Shown one piece after another: positions 1 to 11,659 of a DNA stretch of 64,000 nt. The position numbers were made by a program, and so were the translations under genes. The notes below the pieces were generated by a model that worked only from the letters and a program-made list of their open reading frames with translations, did not search any database and was not told where the DNA came from. How positions within the stretch are numbered: the first letter of the stretch is position 1; each line of letters opens with the position of its first letter. The DNA is taken from the NCBI RefSeq assembly GCF_009914755.1, contig NC_060943.1; one strand, written 5' to 3'. Origin of the DNA: the human T2T-CHM13v2.0 reference genome, Homo sapiens.

Positions 1-789
1 TCAGGTGGGTAATGCCCTTATCTTCCCATTTCAAGGGAAAGAATGAGCTGAACCTCCTATCCAAAGTAGAATGATGATCCTCATCCTTCCAATAAGAAAT
101 AAAATAAGTAGCCTCCAGGCATTCCCTCCTGCCAGCGGAGCAATTGTTTTTTAAATAGCCCTTTGGTGCCCAGTCTATTACTAAACCATATGAGTCATTT
201 TTTTTAATACTACTGCATGTCAGTTAACACAATCTTCCCAAATTAAAGTTTTAGATGGGCCCTCAACATTTTTAGGACATAGTTTTCCTACAGGTTTATA
301 TTGAAAGTATGGGGTATCTCCTATTGCTCCCCTTTTCATTTGTCTTAAAGGAGAAAGGGAGAGGCCAGAGACCAAATGTCCCGGTTCTCTTGTAGCTAAT
401 CTCTCCGGAAGATAAGCAGCCCAGACTTGAGTTTGTAGATGGATACAACCAGGTGCATGTCTGAGGCACAGAGGAGGGTATTTATAACCCCTAGTAACAT
501 TAAATGCAGTGCCGCCTTCTCCTGGTTGAGTGGGGCAATGGTCATCTCTAGCTCCAGGCATCCACACACTATTGTTAGTATAGATTTCTGCAGGAGCATC
601 CATCCAGATGAGAGGTCAAATAAGTGGAGGAAAAGGCACATAAGCCCAATAAGAATAAGTATGTGTAGCAGGTAAGTCAGTATGAGGGGAAATTGGTGAG
701 ACAGAAAGTATAAGGAGGAGAAATATTAAATAAAACCTATTGTAAGCAAGATCCAGTGCTGAAGGAGGAAGAGAAGAACAGAGGGATGT
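1..789 (-). pseudogene. HML-8 env remnant (signal peptide end and SU)
   Basis: ORFs 616..810 and 220..603 encode a hydrophobic signal region and the betaretroviral SU motifs YWAYVPFPP and WMDAPAEIY. Confidence 0.85.
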
Positions 790-796
790 TATTTTT

Positions 797-1937
797 TTTT
801 TTTTTAACAAAGAAGTATTTTATTATTTTGCTGCAAAGCTGTTGCTTCACTGTATAAAAATAGCACCAGCAAATGCAGTGTATCGCAAAATTAAGATAGT
901 GGTGTTCCTCATCTGACACTGTACAAGCAACAAAACCTCTTCACTTCCAGTTATTTCCAATGGAAAGATCATTAAGTATTTCATCCCAAATCCAGGTATG
1001 GATACATGCAAGTTACAATATTATATAAGGCTTAAGAATAACAATGTTATCTTTGAATTATGTAATTTTTATAACTAGTTTTTACCATGGATAATTTCAT
1101 GAATTCTGAACACTAGAGCCTAGTCTAAAAATCATAGGATATTGTGAAAAAGACGCATATTATATTTATCTATAATCATTAGAAAGTTAAAGGCATTTTC
1201 TTTCATTAGCAGTGTTAACAGTAGTTTTTTTTCCCCATCGGTAATATTAAAAGTTTCTATTCTAAGTCTTCTATCCACCACTAATTTAAGACAACTCTGC
1301 TGGCTTGCGTTATTTCATACTAGTTTATTTAGGAGTTCCATTTTCACTCCTCAATAGATTTTATGTATTTCTCATATGCTTCTTCACTCATAAGTTCATC
1401 TAGTTCTGAAGGGTTACTCAGTGTCATCTTGATCAGCCAACCATCTTCACAACAAGATTTGTTTACGAGTCCTGGATTTTCTGCAAGAGCTTCATTAATT
1501 TCAGTTACTTCTCCTGATAAAGGAGAATAGAGTTCACTAGCAGCTTTCACACTTTCCAAAGCACCAAACTCATCTTGTTTGTTCAATTTTGTCCCAACTT
1601 CAGGCAGACTACAGTAAACAACATCTCCCAACGCTTCCTGTGCAAAATTGCTGATTCCCACTGTTCCAATGCCATTTTCTGTTGTTACCCATTCGTGTTT
1701 CTCTGTGAATTTACGCACCGAGAGCAGAGCGGGTCCAGTGCGCAGCGTACGGACGGCGCCCACCCCCAGCTGCCAGGGCCTTGGCGGGCAGGGCGCGGCG
1801 GGTGACGGGACCGCGCGCAGGGTGCAGAGCAGAGCCCGCACGCTCCGCACCACTCGCAGCGCCATGTTAGCAGGGGTGCGGGGGTCGCAGCGCTACGCCT
1901 CGGCCACCCGCGCCGGGAGGCGGGGCGGGGAGGGGCC
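797..1937 (-). pseudogene. GCSH: GCSH processed retrocopy (5'UTR, CDS, 3'UTR, poly(A)) inserted in HML-8 env
   Basis: Intronless. AATAAA at 824-819 followed by an A-tract. 7-bp TSD tattttt at 790-796 and 1938-1944. Target reads CCTT/AAAAATA, a canonical L1 endonuclease site. Confidence 0.95.
1344..1865 (-). CDS. GCSH: Intact 173-aa glycine cleavage system H protein ORF of the retrocopy (expression unknown)
   Basis: Mitochondrial presequence [10 protein letters not shown]..., lipoyl motif ESVK107AASE, C-terminus YIKSIEE. Differs from recalled human GCSH only at residue 139 (KSCCEDG vs KSCYEDG). Confidence 0.75.
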   Translation of the reverse strand: MALRVVRSVRALLCTLRAVPSPAAPCPPRPWQLGVGAVRTLRTGPALLSVRKFTEKHEWVTTENGIGTVGISNFAQEALGDVVYCSLPEVGTKLNKQDEFGALESVKAASELYSPLSGEVTEINEALAENPGLVNKSCCEDGWLIKMTLSNPSELDELMSEEAYEKYIKSIEE

Positions 1938-2197
1938 TATTTTTAAGGCTAATAGAAATGGTGAGATTTTTTGGTTTAGGAGAAGTGGGATTAGTTAGAG
2001 GGGTCTCCATTGCCATTAGGGAGGATTGAACCAGACCCATTTTGATTTGTGTGCCAGTTTCTAAGGAGGTGGCACAGATCTCACCAGGTATGAGGGTGGT
2101 CTCTGACACAGACGTCTTTTCTCTGTGGTGTTCATTGTCAGTATTCACACGAAGTTTAAGTCTCCTAGTGGGCACCCAGACAGGGGATTGATGATCT

Positions 2198-2220
2198 CCT
2201 GGTGAAACACAAGCATACCC
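2198..2220 (-). promoter_or_regulatory. env splice acceptor at the end of integrase
   Basis: Minus strand tatgcttgtgtttcaccag|gagatc (exon starts at 2198). Same position and sequence as the recalled HML-2 env acceptor in the GRGFACVSPG codons. Confidence 0.7.
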
Positions 2221-3849
2221 TCTTCCCCACGTTATAATCGTTCCAGGTTCCCAGGTATTGGTCTGGGAATTTTTCCATAACACTGGCTTGCCTTCATTTA
2301 GGGAGAATTTTTTTTGCCTGTATAATGGCTTTCAGCTGCAGTCAGAGTATTGTCTTTAGGAACATTCAGAAAGTTTGAAGTAAACAATGCTAAATGTAAT
2401 TGGGAATGGGGAGTGGTTAAATTATTCTTTTGTTGTTTAGACTGTTTGGACAATTGAGTTTTTAAGGTGTGATTGGCCCGTTCCACAACAGCCTGTCCCT
2501 GAGGATTGTAAGGGATTCTGGTAATATGGGAAATTCCCCATTGTTGCATAAATAAATCAAAAGCCTTACATATCCAGGGGCATTGTCTGTTTTTATCTGA
2601 TATGGAAGCCCCATAACTGCAAAGCAAGAATACTTCTTTTAACATGGGCCGTGCCTTCTCCTGTTTGGCAAGTAGCCCAGATAAAGCCTGAAAAGGTGTC
2701 TACAGAAACATGTACATATGAAAGTCTTGCAAAGGAGCTAATGTGAGTCACATCCATTTGCCATAAATCTTTAGGAGTTAGGCCTCTGGGATTAATACCA
2801 GGTTCCTGATTTGGAAGTATAAAAACTTGGCACTGAGAGCAGCAGTGGACAGTAAGCTTAGCCTCTTTCCAGGTGAGAGCAAATTTATCTTTTAATCCAG
2901 CAGCATTGACATGAGTGAGATCGGAACTTCTGAGCTTCTTGGGTTGCAAAAGAGACCAAAAGTCTACCTTTTGGTTACCAGCAGCCATGGGTCCTGGTAA
3001 AGTGGTATGAGATCTAATATGTGAAATATAGAAAGGGTGTCTACATTGGTGAACCACCTGTTGTAACCTTGAAGATAAGCCAATTCAGAATTATCAATAT
3101 GTTTAATAGTAGCGGTTTCTATATTTTTAGTGGCATGCATAACATAAGCAGAATCAGAGACAATATTTAAAGGTTTGGGGAAACCCTGTAAGGCAGTAAT
3201 TACAGCAATTAACTCTGCCTTTTGAGCAGTTGTATAAGGGGTAGAAATAAGCTTGTCTGTAGGACCCACATAACCAGCATTTCCGTTACTGGAGCCATCA
3301 GTGAACGCTGTAACGGCCTCAGGAATGGGCTGATCTTTGGTCAGTCGAGGGACCACCCAATAAGTCATTTTTATAAAATCAAACAATTTGTTTTTTGGAA
3401 AATGATTGTCAATAACGCTGATAAAATCAGCCAAGTGAATTTGCCACAGTATGGAATGTTGAGAAGCGGCCTGAACTTTGAGCCGATTTAAATGAACCAC
3501 AATTAAATTTGGATCAAATCCGGAAATTTGAACTATTCTACACTGAGCTTGTCCAATTAGGGTGGCTATTTTAGAATGAGGAAGAAAACACCACTCTACT
3601 AAATCATTATGTTGAACTATTAGCCCAGTAGGGGAGTGGAATGAAGCGAAAACTAGAAGCTGAAAAGGCTGAGACAGCTGTACCCTAGACAACTGGGCAG
3701 TTTGGATTCTTCTATGAATTGCAGTTCCAATGAAGCCTCAGGGGTCAAAGTTCTGGGACTGTGGAGATGGGAATCTTCATGCAGCATAGAAAACAAGTTA
3801 GCACATATGTTGGAATGCCTAAAGTAGGTCTTAAATAATTAATGTTACC

Positions 3850-4344
3850 TGCTGAGACCAGCTCGGTTGGGGAGACCCTAACCCAGCGGCGCTAGAGGAA
3901 TTAAAGACACACACACACACACAAATATAGAGCTGTGAAGTGGGAAATCAGGGGTCTCACAGCCTTCAGAGCTGACAGCCCTGGGCAGAGATTTACCTAC
4001 GTATTTATTAACAGCAAACCAGTCATTAACATTGTTTCTATAGATGTTAAACTAACTAAAAGTATCCCTTAAGGAAAACGAAAGGATGGGCCAAATTAAT
4101 TGCAGCAGGAAGATGCCCTTAAGACACAGATCACTCATGTTTTTGTTTGCGGCTTAAGAATGCCTTTGAGCAATTTTCCGCCCTGGGTGGGCCAGGTGTT
4201 CCTTGTCCTCATTCCCGTAAACCCACAACCTTTCAGCTTGGGCGTTAGGGCCATTATGGACATGTTATATTGCTGCAGAGATTTTGTTTATGGCCAGTCT
4301 TGGGGCCAGTTTATGGCCAGATTTTGGGGGGCTTGCTCCCAATA
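3850..4344 (-). mobile_element. MER9 (HERV-K9/HML-3) solo LTR nested in HML-8 pol
   Basis: Perfect 6-bp TSD gttacc (3844-3849 / 4345-4350). MER9 motif ggccataaactggcccc. Homologous to 55936-56428. Confidence 0.9.
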
Positions 4345-5104
4345 GTTACCCAAAAGTTTTTGGAAATCACTTAAGGTTTTCAAAGAATCTCTCCTAATCT
4401 GAACATTTTGAGGTTGAATACATTCTTTATCAACTGCCATTCCTAAATATGGAACAGGAGGTGTCTGTTGAATTTTATCCTGAGCAATGTGTAATCCAGC
4501 TTCTGTAACTCAGCGGCTCAAAAATTGATAACAGTCAATTCTTTGTCAGTGGGGTCAGCAATTAATATCAATATAATGAAGAATATCGGCCTGGGGAAAT
4601 TGAGCTCCAACTGGTGAAAGCATCTGTCCAATATAAAGCTGGCAGATGGTAGGGCTATTCAGCATTCCCTGAGGAAGTACTTTCCATTGATAATGAGCTG
4701 CAGGCTCCTGATTATTGATAGATGGTTAAGGCAAATTTTTCACAATACGATTTATGTAAAGCAGTATGAAAGAAACAGTCTTTAAGATCAATAACTATGA
4801 GAGGCCAATTCTTAGGTATTAAAGCAGGGGCAGGCATGCCAGGTTGGATGGCTCCCATAGGTTTAATTACAACATTAATGGCCCTTAAATCAGTTACCAT
4901 CCGCCACTTGCCTGATTTCTTTTTTACTAGAAACATGAGAATTCCAGGGGGGAAAGAAGATTCCACATGTCCAAGTTGTAACTATTCAGAAACCAATTGA
5001 GTTAAAGCCTCCAGTTTTTCTTTAGAGAGCAGCCACTGATCAAACAGGTGTTTCCAATTTCCATTATAAAGGCATAGGATTAGGAGGCATGGCATTGGCT
5101 GCCA

Positions 5105-5920
5105 TTAAAAGGGATAACCTAAACCATCCCTGTCTTCTTTTACAGTAACTTGAAGAGGTTTAGTAATTCCTTCATGTTTTGGGCTGGTACCGAGTCTGGG
5201 AACAAACCCCATGTTTTTCATTATATGTTGGGTGGGAGCACTATAAGAGTTATGTGGAATATTAATTTCAGTCCCCCATTGTGCCAGCAAATCTCTACCC
5301 CAAAGATTAATGGGGATTGGCATGATATAAGGCTGAATTGTACCCTTTTGACCATCAGGGCCAGTGCAAGGCAAGATAAATGTTGTCTGGGGAATTTCAT
5401 CAGCTTTTCCAACACCTACTAGTCCCATGTTAGTGGGATGTTTAAGCCAGGAGGAAGGCCTTAAATTAGAGGAAATAATAGAAACATCAATCCCAGTATC
5501 TACTAGGCCATCAAACTTTTTTCCTTGAATGTGTATGGTGCAGGTGGACCATTGTTTAGAAATTACATTAATCCAATAAGCGGCTTTTTCACTGCTGGAG
5601 CCCATCCCAGGGCCCCGTGTCTTATCTCCTTTGTTTAAAACAATATTAGGTAGTAAAAGTAATTGAGCAACTGACTCACTGACCGGAATGGAAACAGGAA
5701 CCTTGGCAGACACCATAAGTTTAATCTCATTACAGGAATCAGAATTAATGAGACTAGTATGAACAGTGATTCCTTTAGCAGAGGTGGATGCCCTACCTAA
5801 CACCAGGCCCACTGAACCTTGAGGTAAAGGGCCAGTGACCCCCGTGGGGACAATTACAGGCAAAGAATTAGGTAGTAAATTTAGAGGAATGGTACTACAG
5901 AGATCTACTGCTCCACCCCC
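5105..5920 (-). pseudogene. HML-8 pro (dUTPase, aspartic protease, G-patch), open for ~271 codons
   Basis: LVLGRAS dUTPase motif, LVDTGIDVS active site, LWGRDLL, C-terminal MKNMGFVP G-patch. Slippery sites GGGAAAC (6107-6101) and CCCTTTT (~5113-5107). Confidence 0.85.
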
Positions 5921-8025
5921 CTACTGTGAAGGTGGACAAGCATTGTACTGAGACAGAAGAGGCTGGGACCCATCTGGGTTGGCTGTAGGTAAATTTGTTT
6001 GTGCTGGGGGCTGCATTGGGACTGCTTGAAGTGGGAACACATTGGTCTGAGTCTGAGGTGTTCCATTTGATATTGGGGCCTGGGACTGGCCCTGCTTTCT
6101 GTTTCCCTGGTTCTGTGGCAAGGGATTTCCGTCTATATCAGACTTAGAATGGCAAGTACTTGCCCAGTGTTTACCTTTATGGCAATGTGGGCAAACAGTA
6201 GCAGCAGCATTTGGCTGTGTTTATTGAGCCAGCTTGGCTGCTTTTAAGTTTTTAACAATGCAATTTTTTTGAGTATGACCAAGTTGACTGCAATTATAGC
6301 AGGCTCCAAGAAAAGAATCAGTTGAGCCAGTTTGATTGCCATCCTTCGTGGCCCATGCCCACAGAATAGCTTTGTGGGTCTCTGATCTAATGCCTTCACA
6401 AGCTTTAATATATGCAGGCAACACCTTGTGATCAGGTAAATTTTGTCGTTGGATGGAATGAATGGCCATTTTACACTCATGGTTCGCATTCTCAAAAGCT
6501 AACATATGAAGGAGAATACCTTGAGCATGCTCATCAGAGACAGATTTTTGAACAGCATCTTGTAATTTAACCAAAAAATCAGGATATAATTCATTGTGAC
6601 TCTATTTAACAGTAGTAAAAGAAACAGGAGCTTGGCCTGGGGCACGTAATTTATCCCAAGCTCTCATACACAACTTTGTTACTTGTTCCATGGTGAAAGC
6701 ATCAAAACTTGATTGAACAGTAGTATCAGATTAATTATCAGAGCCTGTGAACTGAGCTTGAGTAATTAGAATGCCATCAGCATGATTTAGCTGAGCCTGC
6801 AGACGGGCCTTCTCTGACCACAAGGTATGCAATTGTAAATGCTGAGATGGAGTTAGAACAGTTTTTGCCAAAATGTCCCAGTCTAAAGGAAGCAGAATGA
6901 CCTCAGTACAAAGAGTCTGTAATACCATTTTAGCATATGGAGAAGTAGGACCATACTGAGTACAAGCATCCTTGAATTCTTTTAAAAACGTAAGATTGAG
7001 TGGCACATACTGATGCACTTGTATCCAAGCATTAGGAGGTTCCGGCACGACCAGATAAGCCCACACCTCTAATCCACTTGTTTGTTTGTTTTGGCATAAT
7101 AAGCGTTGGGTGGAAGTTTCAAGAGCAGGAACATGAGACAGAGTCAGCATAGAAATGACAGGAAAAGCATGTGTAGATAAGGGGAACTGAGGTTGAGGAA
7201 GTCAGACTGGTATGAGAGTGTGAGAAAGGGGCATGGGGGAGCAGAAGAGGCAGAAGCATACTGGTGATTATTGGCGTCCATGCATGAAGAAGGGTACAGA
7301 GAAGCAGGTTGAATGGATGGCAAAGTGACTGGATGAGGGACCAAAATGACAGGAGGGTGAGGAGCTGCAGTAGATGGGGGATGGTCTGCAGAAGTACAGG
7401 TGAATTGTAGTTTGGTCCCAGAGCCATTAGGTGGCTCCGGAGGCAAAGACCGCAAAGGTTTGGAGAGGGAAGAGTTAGCATAGATATGGTCCTGGGCTGT
7501 CTGTGTCAGGGCCGTGAGAGCCACAAGTATTGGTTCTTCATGAAAAGAAATAAGATCATCTGGGGGTGACATTAAGCCAAAGTCACCAGAGTTAGATATT
7601 GAATCCTCAACATCATCAGGTGGGGGAGTTGTAGGTGAAGGGAGATGCTGAGCAGATAACAAAGGCCGAACAGAAGAGGAAAGCTGAGGAAGAGGTAGAG
7701 AGAGGGTTGCCAGATTCAGAAAATTGTGGTAACTGCAGGGGGTTATGGGATTGGTATGTCATTAGGATGGCACTTACAAGGCCAAATCACCCCAAACGGT
7801 GACAGGAACATAATTTCCTGTCGGGACCAGTTCCTGGAATCTTACACCAACACGATCCCATAGTTCCACATCTAACGTTCCCTTTTCAGGAAAGCAAGGA
7901 CAGTGTTCTTCCACCACCCTGAATAGGGTGACCATATTTTCCATGGTCACTCAAACTCCTCCCTGTTTTAACAGGAGTTTAATATAGTAGAGATAAGCAT
8001 AATGTTTAGACTCTGTGTGACCCAT
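5921..8025 (-). pseudogene. HML-8 gag, disrupted
   Basis: ATG GGT at 8025. CA motifs (YGPTSPY, LAFENANHEC) and zinc knuckle CYNCSQLGHTQKNC. Confidence 0.85.
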
Positions 8026-8060
8026 ACTTACCCCAGACAATACACAGACAACTCACCAAT
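8026..8060 (-). promoter_or_regulatory. Two consensus splice donors in the proviral leader
   Basis: Minus strand ttg|gtgagt (GT at 8056-8055) and ggg|gtaagt (GT at 8031-8030), the second just before the gag ATG. Confidence 0.65.
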
Positions 8061-8160
8061 CATCAGGGAGCCGAACAAGCGTTTCTGTGGTCTGGACCAA
8101 TAAACATTTCTCCACACCTACCAAAGGGAATCGGGTTCCCACATGCACTTAGGATAAAAC

Positions 8161-8175
8161 CATGTTGGCATGCCA
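8161..8175 (-). promoter_or_regulatory. Primer binding site, degenerate tRNA-Lys type
   Basis: tggcatgccaacatg begins 2 nt after the LTR end and resembles TGGCGCCCAACGTG. Confidence 0.65.
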
Positions 8176-8177
8176 GA

Positions 8178-8995
8178 TATTGGGGGAACTTGCCCCCAGT
8201 ATTTCAACATAGGTTCTTTCTATTTTCCATAATTGTCGGCCGGTCTGAGAAATAAAGAGTACAAAGGTAGGAATTTTACAGCTGGGCCGCTGGGGGTGAC
8301 ATCACATATCGATAGGACCATGATGCCCACCTGAGCCACAAAACCAGCAGGTTTTTATTAAGGATTTCAAAAGGGGAGGGGGTGTAAGAACAGGGAGTAG
8401 GTCACAAAGATCACGTGCTTCAAAGGGCAATATCAGAAACTCCTGATAAGGGTCTATGTTCAGCGGTGCACGTATTGTCTTGATAAACATCTTAACAGAA
8501 AACAAGGTTTGAGAGCAGAGAACTGGTCTGACCAAAAATTTACCAGGCTGGAGTTTCCCAATCCTAGTAAGCCTGAGGGTACTGCAGGAGACCAGGGCTT
8601 ATCTCAGTCCTTATCTCAATCGCATAGAACAGACATTCCCAGAATGGCCGTTTATAGACCTCCCCCCAGGAATGAAATTCTTTTCCTAGAGTATTAATAT
8701 CAATATTCCTTGCTAGGAAAAGAATTTAGCGATATCTGCACTGATTTCATATTGTTCAAACACACGTTTTACAATCAATTTGTACAGTTAACACAGTTAT
8801 CACAGGGTCCTGAGGTGACGTACACCTTCAGCTTATGAAGATAACATGATTAAGAGATTAAAGTAAGACAGGCATAAGAAATTATAAGAGTATTATTTGG
8901 GAAGTGGTAAATATCCATGAAATCTTCACAATTTATGTTCCTCTACCGTGGCTCCAGCCGGTCCCTCCATTTGGGGTCCCTGACTTCCCGCAACA
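8178..8995 (-). mobile_element. MER11-family 5' LTR of the HML-8 provirus
   Basis: Starts tgttgcgggaagtcagggacccc, ends gttcccccaata, followed by the PBS. Confidence 0.9.
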
Positions 8996-9026
8996 TCTTT
9001 GAGCTTCTTTAAAATCTATATTTTGA

Positions 9027-9352
<326 letters not shown>

Positions 9353-9774
9353 CTTTTTTAAAGTCTTATAAAGTCATTTCAATAATTTTTTTTTCTTAGA
9401 GTACTGAAGAACTATGGAATTTCTTTAAAAGTGGCATAAACCTTGCTTATCTGTGTTTCCTGTGTATTTCTGCATCTTTATACTGATTTCTGCACATCTG
9501 GAGAGACAATTGCTTCATTTTATTTTAGAATTTACATTCACTGGAGAAAGCTTTTTTTTAAATTGAAGTTACTATCATGATGTTTATTGCATAGAATCAT
9601 TTGGCTTTACTTTGGGGTTTGTGCATGAGAAAGACTCCGTATAAGTTTCTTGAGTATAAGCAAATATATATATATATAAACATGTTTTACTGGTTTAGGA
9701 ATCATGTTTTCTCTTAGGTTGATTTTTAATTCTAAGTCTCAGAAAACAATTATTTTTTCTTTGTTGTGTTGGTC

Positions 9775-9975
9775 ATTGAAAGCCAGCACACCTGACCTGA
9801 AAGGGTGAGAAGGTAGGTAGGGTGGGGGGTGGGTGATGAGAAATTACTTAATAGTTTTAATGTACATTGTTAGAGTGATGGATACCCTAAAAGCCCTGAC
9901 TTCACCACTATGCAATCTATGCATGTAACTAGATTACACTTGTACCCAACACATTTGAATAGATAAATTAAAAAG
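9775..9975 (+). mobile_element. L1PB-like 3' end
   Basis: gatggataccctaaaagccctgacttcaccactatgcaatctatgcatgtaac is a typical old L1 3'UTR. Confidence 0.65.
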
Positions 9976-10052
9976 AACAACTAGAGTTTGCTGTCTTGCT
10001 TATTCATACATACAAATATGTTATAAATGTTTCCCATGACATTAACTGTTGT

Positions 10053-10691
10053 AGATACAGGAGTTAGAAATTATTTAGGCAGATAGTGAGTGCAAGGAAG
10101 TCCTTGGTAAAGTTTCCCTTCTAATAAAAAGCAACACACAAATTATTTCTTTTTTGACAAAGAGCAGCCTGTAAAATCGAGCTGCAAACATAGATAACCA
10201 AGGTGGAAGCTTGCATGAATAAATGCCAGCAGCTGTGCCAATAGGAAAGGAGCTACATGTGGACTGCGCATGTTCAAAATGGTAGCTCCATCTTCCCTTG
10301 TCTTTGTAAACCAGATGTAGAGTAAGAAGCAGGCAACACAGTGCTGGCAAATGCTCCGTTTGCATAATAGAAGATTAGGGTGGGGCAGCCAGGTTTCTCA
10401 TGCACTGTGTAAATGTCCACACCTGATCCAACCAATCTTTGAGCCCTATGTAAATTAGACACTGCCTCCTGAAGCCAGTCTGTAAAATCTGCTGTGCTTC
10501 ACTGAGGGCTGGAAGTCCCACTTGGGTGCCCCACTCTTTTTCAGGAGATTCAGGAGAGAGAGCTATTCTCCTTTCTTTTGCCTATTAAACCTCCACTCCT
10601 AAACCAACTTCTTGTGTGTCCATCTACTCGATTTCCTTGACATGAGATGATGTATCTCAGGTATTTACCCCAGACAAGTGACCCTGCTTCA
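10053..10691 (+). mobile_element. LTR9-like (ERV1) solo LTR
   Basis: Begins gatacaggagt..ttaggcagatagtgag, has attaaa, ends tttaccccagacaa..gcttca. Imperfect 4-bp TSD ttgt/ttat. Confidence 0.7.
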
Positions 10692-10904
10692 TTATGTTAA
10701 AACTAATTAATTTATTAGTTAAAATTGCTATATTAAGAAATATAGCACATTTTAAAGGCCACTGATGCAAAGTGCAAAAACTGCTATGTACAAACATGAC
10801 ATCAAATTATACTTCCAGTAACAGTGTTAGAAAACTCTTGTTTCTCTACACTTACCATTTATGAATAGTTTAATGGAACATGTTATTTAAAAAAATATTT
10901 CCCA

Positions 10905-11195
10905 GGCTGGGTGCGATGCCTCACACCTGTAATCCCAGCAGTTTGGGAGGCTGTGGTGGGCGAATCACCTGATGTCAGGAGTTCGAGACCAGCCTGAACA
11001 ACATGGAGAAAGCCCGTCTCTACTAAAAATACAAAATTAGCCAGCGTGGTGGCACATGCCTGTAATCCCAGCAACCCAGGATGCTTAGTTAGGAGAATCA
11101 CTTGAAACTGGAAGGTGGAGGTTGCGGTCAGCTGAGCTCACACCATTGCACTCCAGCCTGGGCAACAATAACAAAGTTCCGTCTCAAAAAAAAAA
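10905..11195 (+). mobile_element. AluS
   Basis: Dimeric Alu with A-tail. Confidence 0.9.
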
Positions 11196-11659
11196 ATTGA
11201 ATTGCTTAGTCATGTCTTCTGCTTATTTTGCTATTGAATTATTTAACTTTTTACTGATTCATATAAGCTTTTGGCATGCCCATTACAGTAATCGTTTGTC
11301 TAAAATTATTTTACACATATCTCCATTCAGCTCCCAGTGTCCAGGTTCAATATTTTTGAAAGAAAAGGAGTCCCTGCTTTGTAAATATGCCTACTCTTTA
11401 AAGAGTTTAAATACCAATTAGTAAAACCCTGTTAGGGAAGATTAAACATTGTCTAATTGAATTTGATTTGTGGAAAATAAATATCTAACTTTTCCATTAT
11501 GATTTAACCATGTTTACGAAGGCAGCCCATACATTCTGGGCTCAAAAGTCTCTTAAAAAAGGGAAAATGTATTTTATCAAAGAGGGTACCAGATTCCAAG
11601 TTTGCATTGCACTTTGCTGAACACATTGTCTTTTTTCAAGCTTAAACTTTTGGAAAGGT

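Larger units (their letters stand above)
2061..5100 (-). pseudogene. HML-8 pol (RT, RNase H, IN), disrupted and split by a MER9 LTR
   Basis: ORF pieces 4712..4966, 2964..3692, 2593..3057, 2298..2645 and 1867..2283. Confidence 0.88.
1..8995 (-). mobile_element. HERV-K11 / HML-8 provirus (5' LTR-gag-pro-pol-env), defective; 3' end lies left of the window
   Basis: MER11-type LTR, Lys-type PBS, then on the minus strand: gag (two CCHC knuckles), dUTPase-protease, RT ([17 protein letters not shown]), RNase H (FTDGSSNG), integrase ([18 protein letters not shown]) and env SU (YWAYVPFPPLI..WMDAPAEIY). Many stops and frameshifts. Confidence 0.9.

Noticed and set aside
1344-2135. Env-GCSH fusion protein (env ATG 2135 is in frame with GCSH ATG 1865)
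   Set aside because: That frame contains TAG at 2063-2061 and a further TAA, so there is no continuous fusion ORF.
5915-5925. Gammaretrovirus-like gag TAG read-through into pro
   Set aside because: Explained by a 1-nt insertion in a G-run. The normal -1 slippery site is present and gag is broken upstream.
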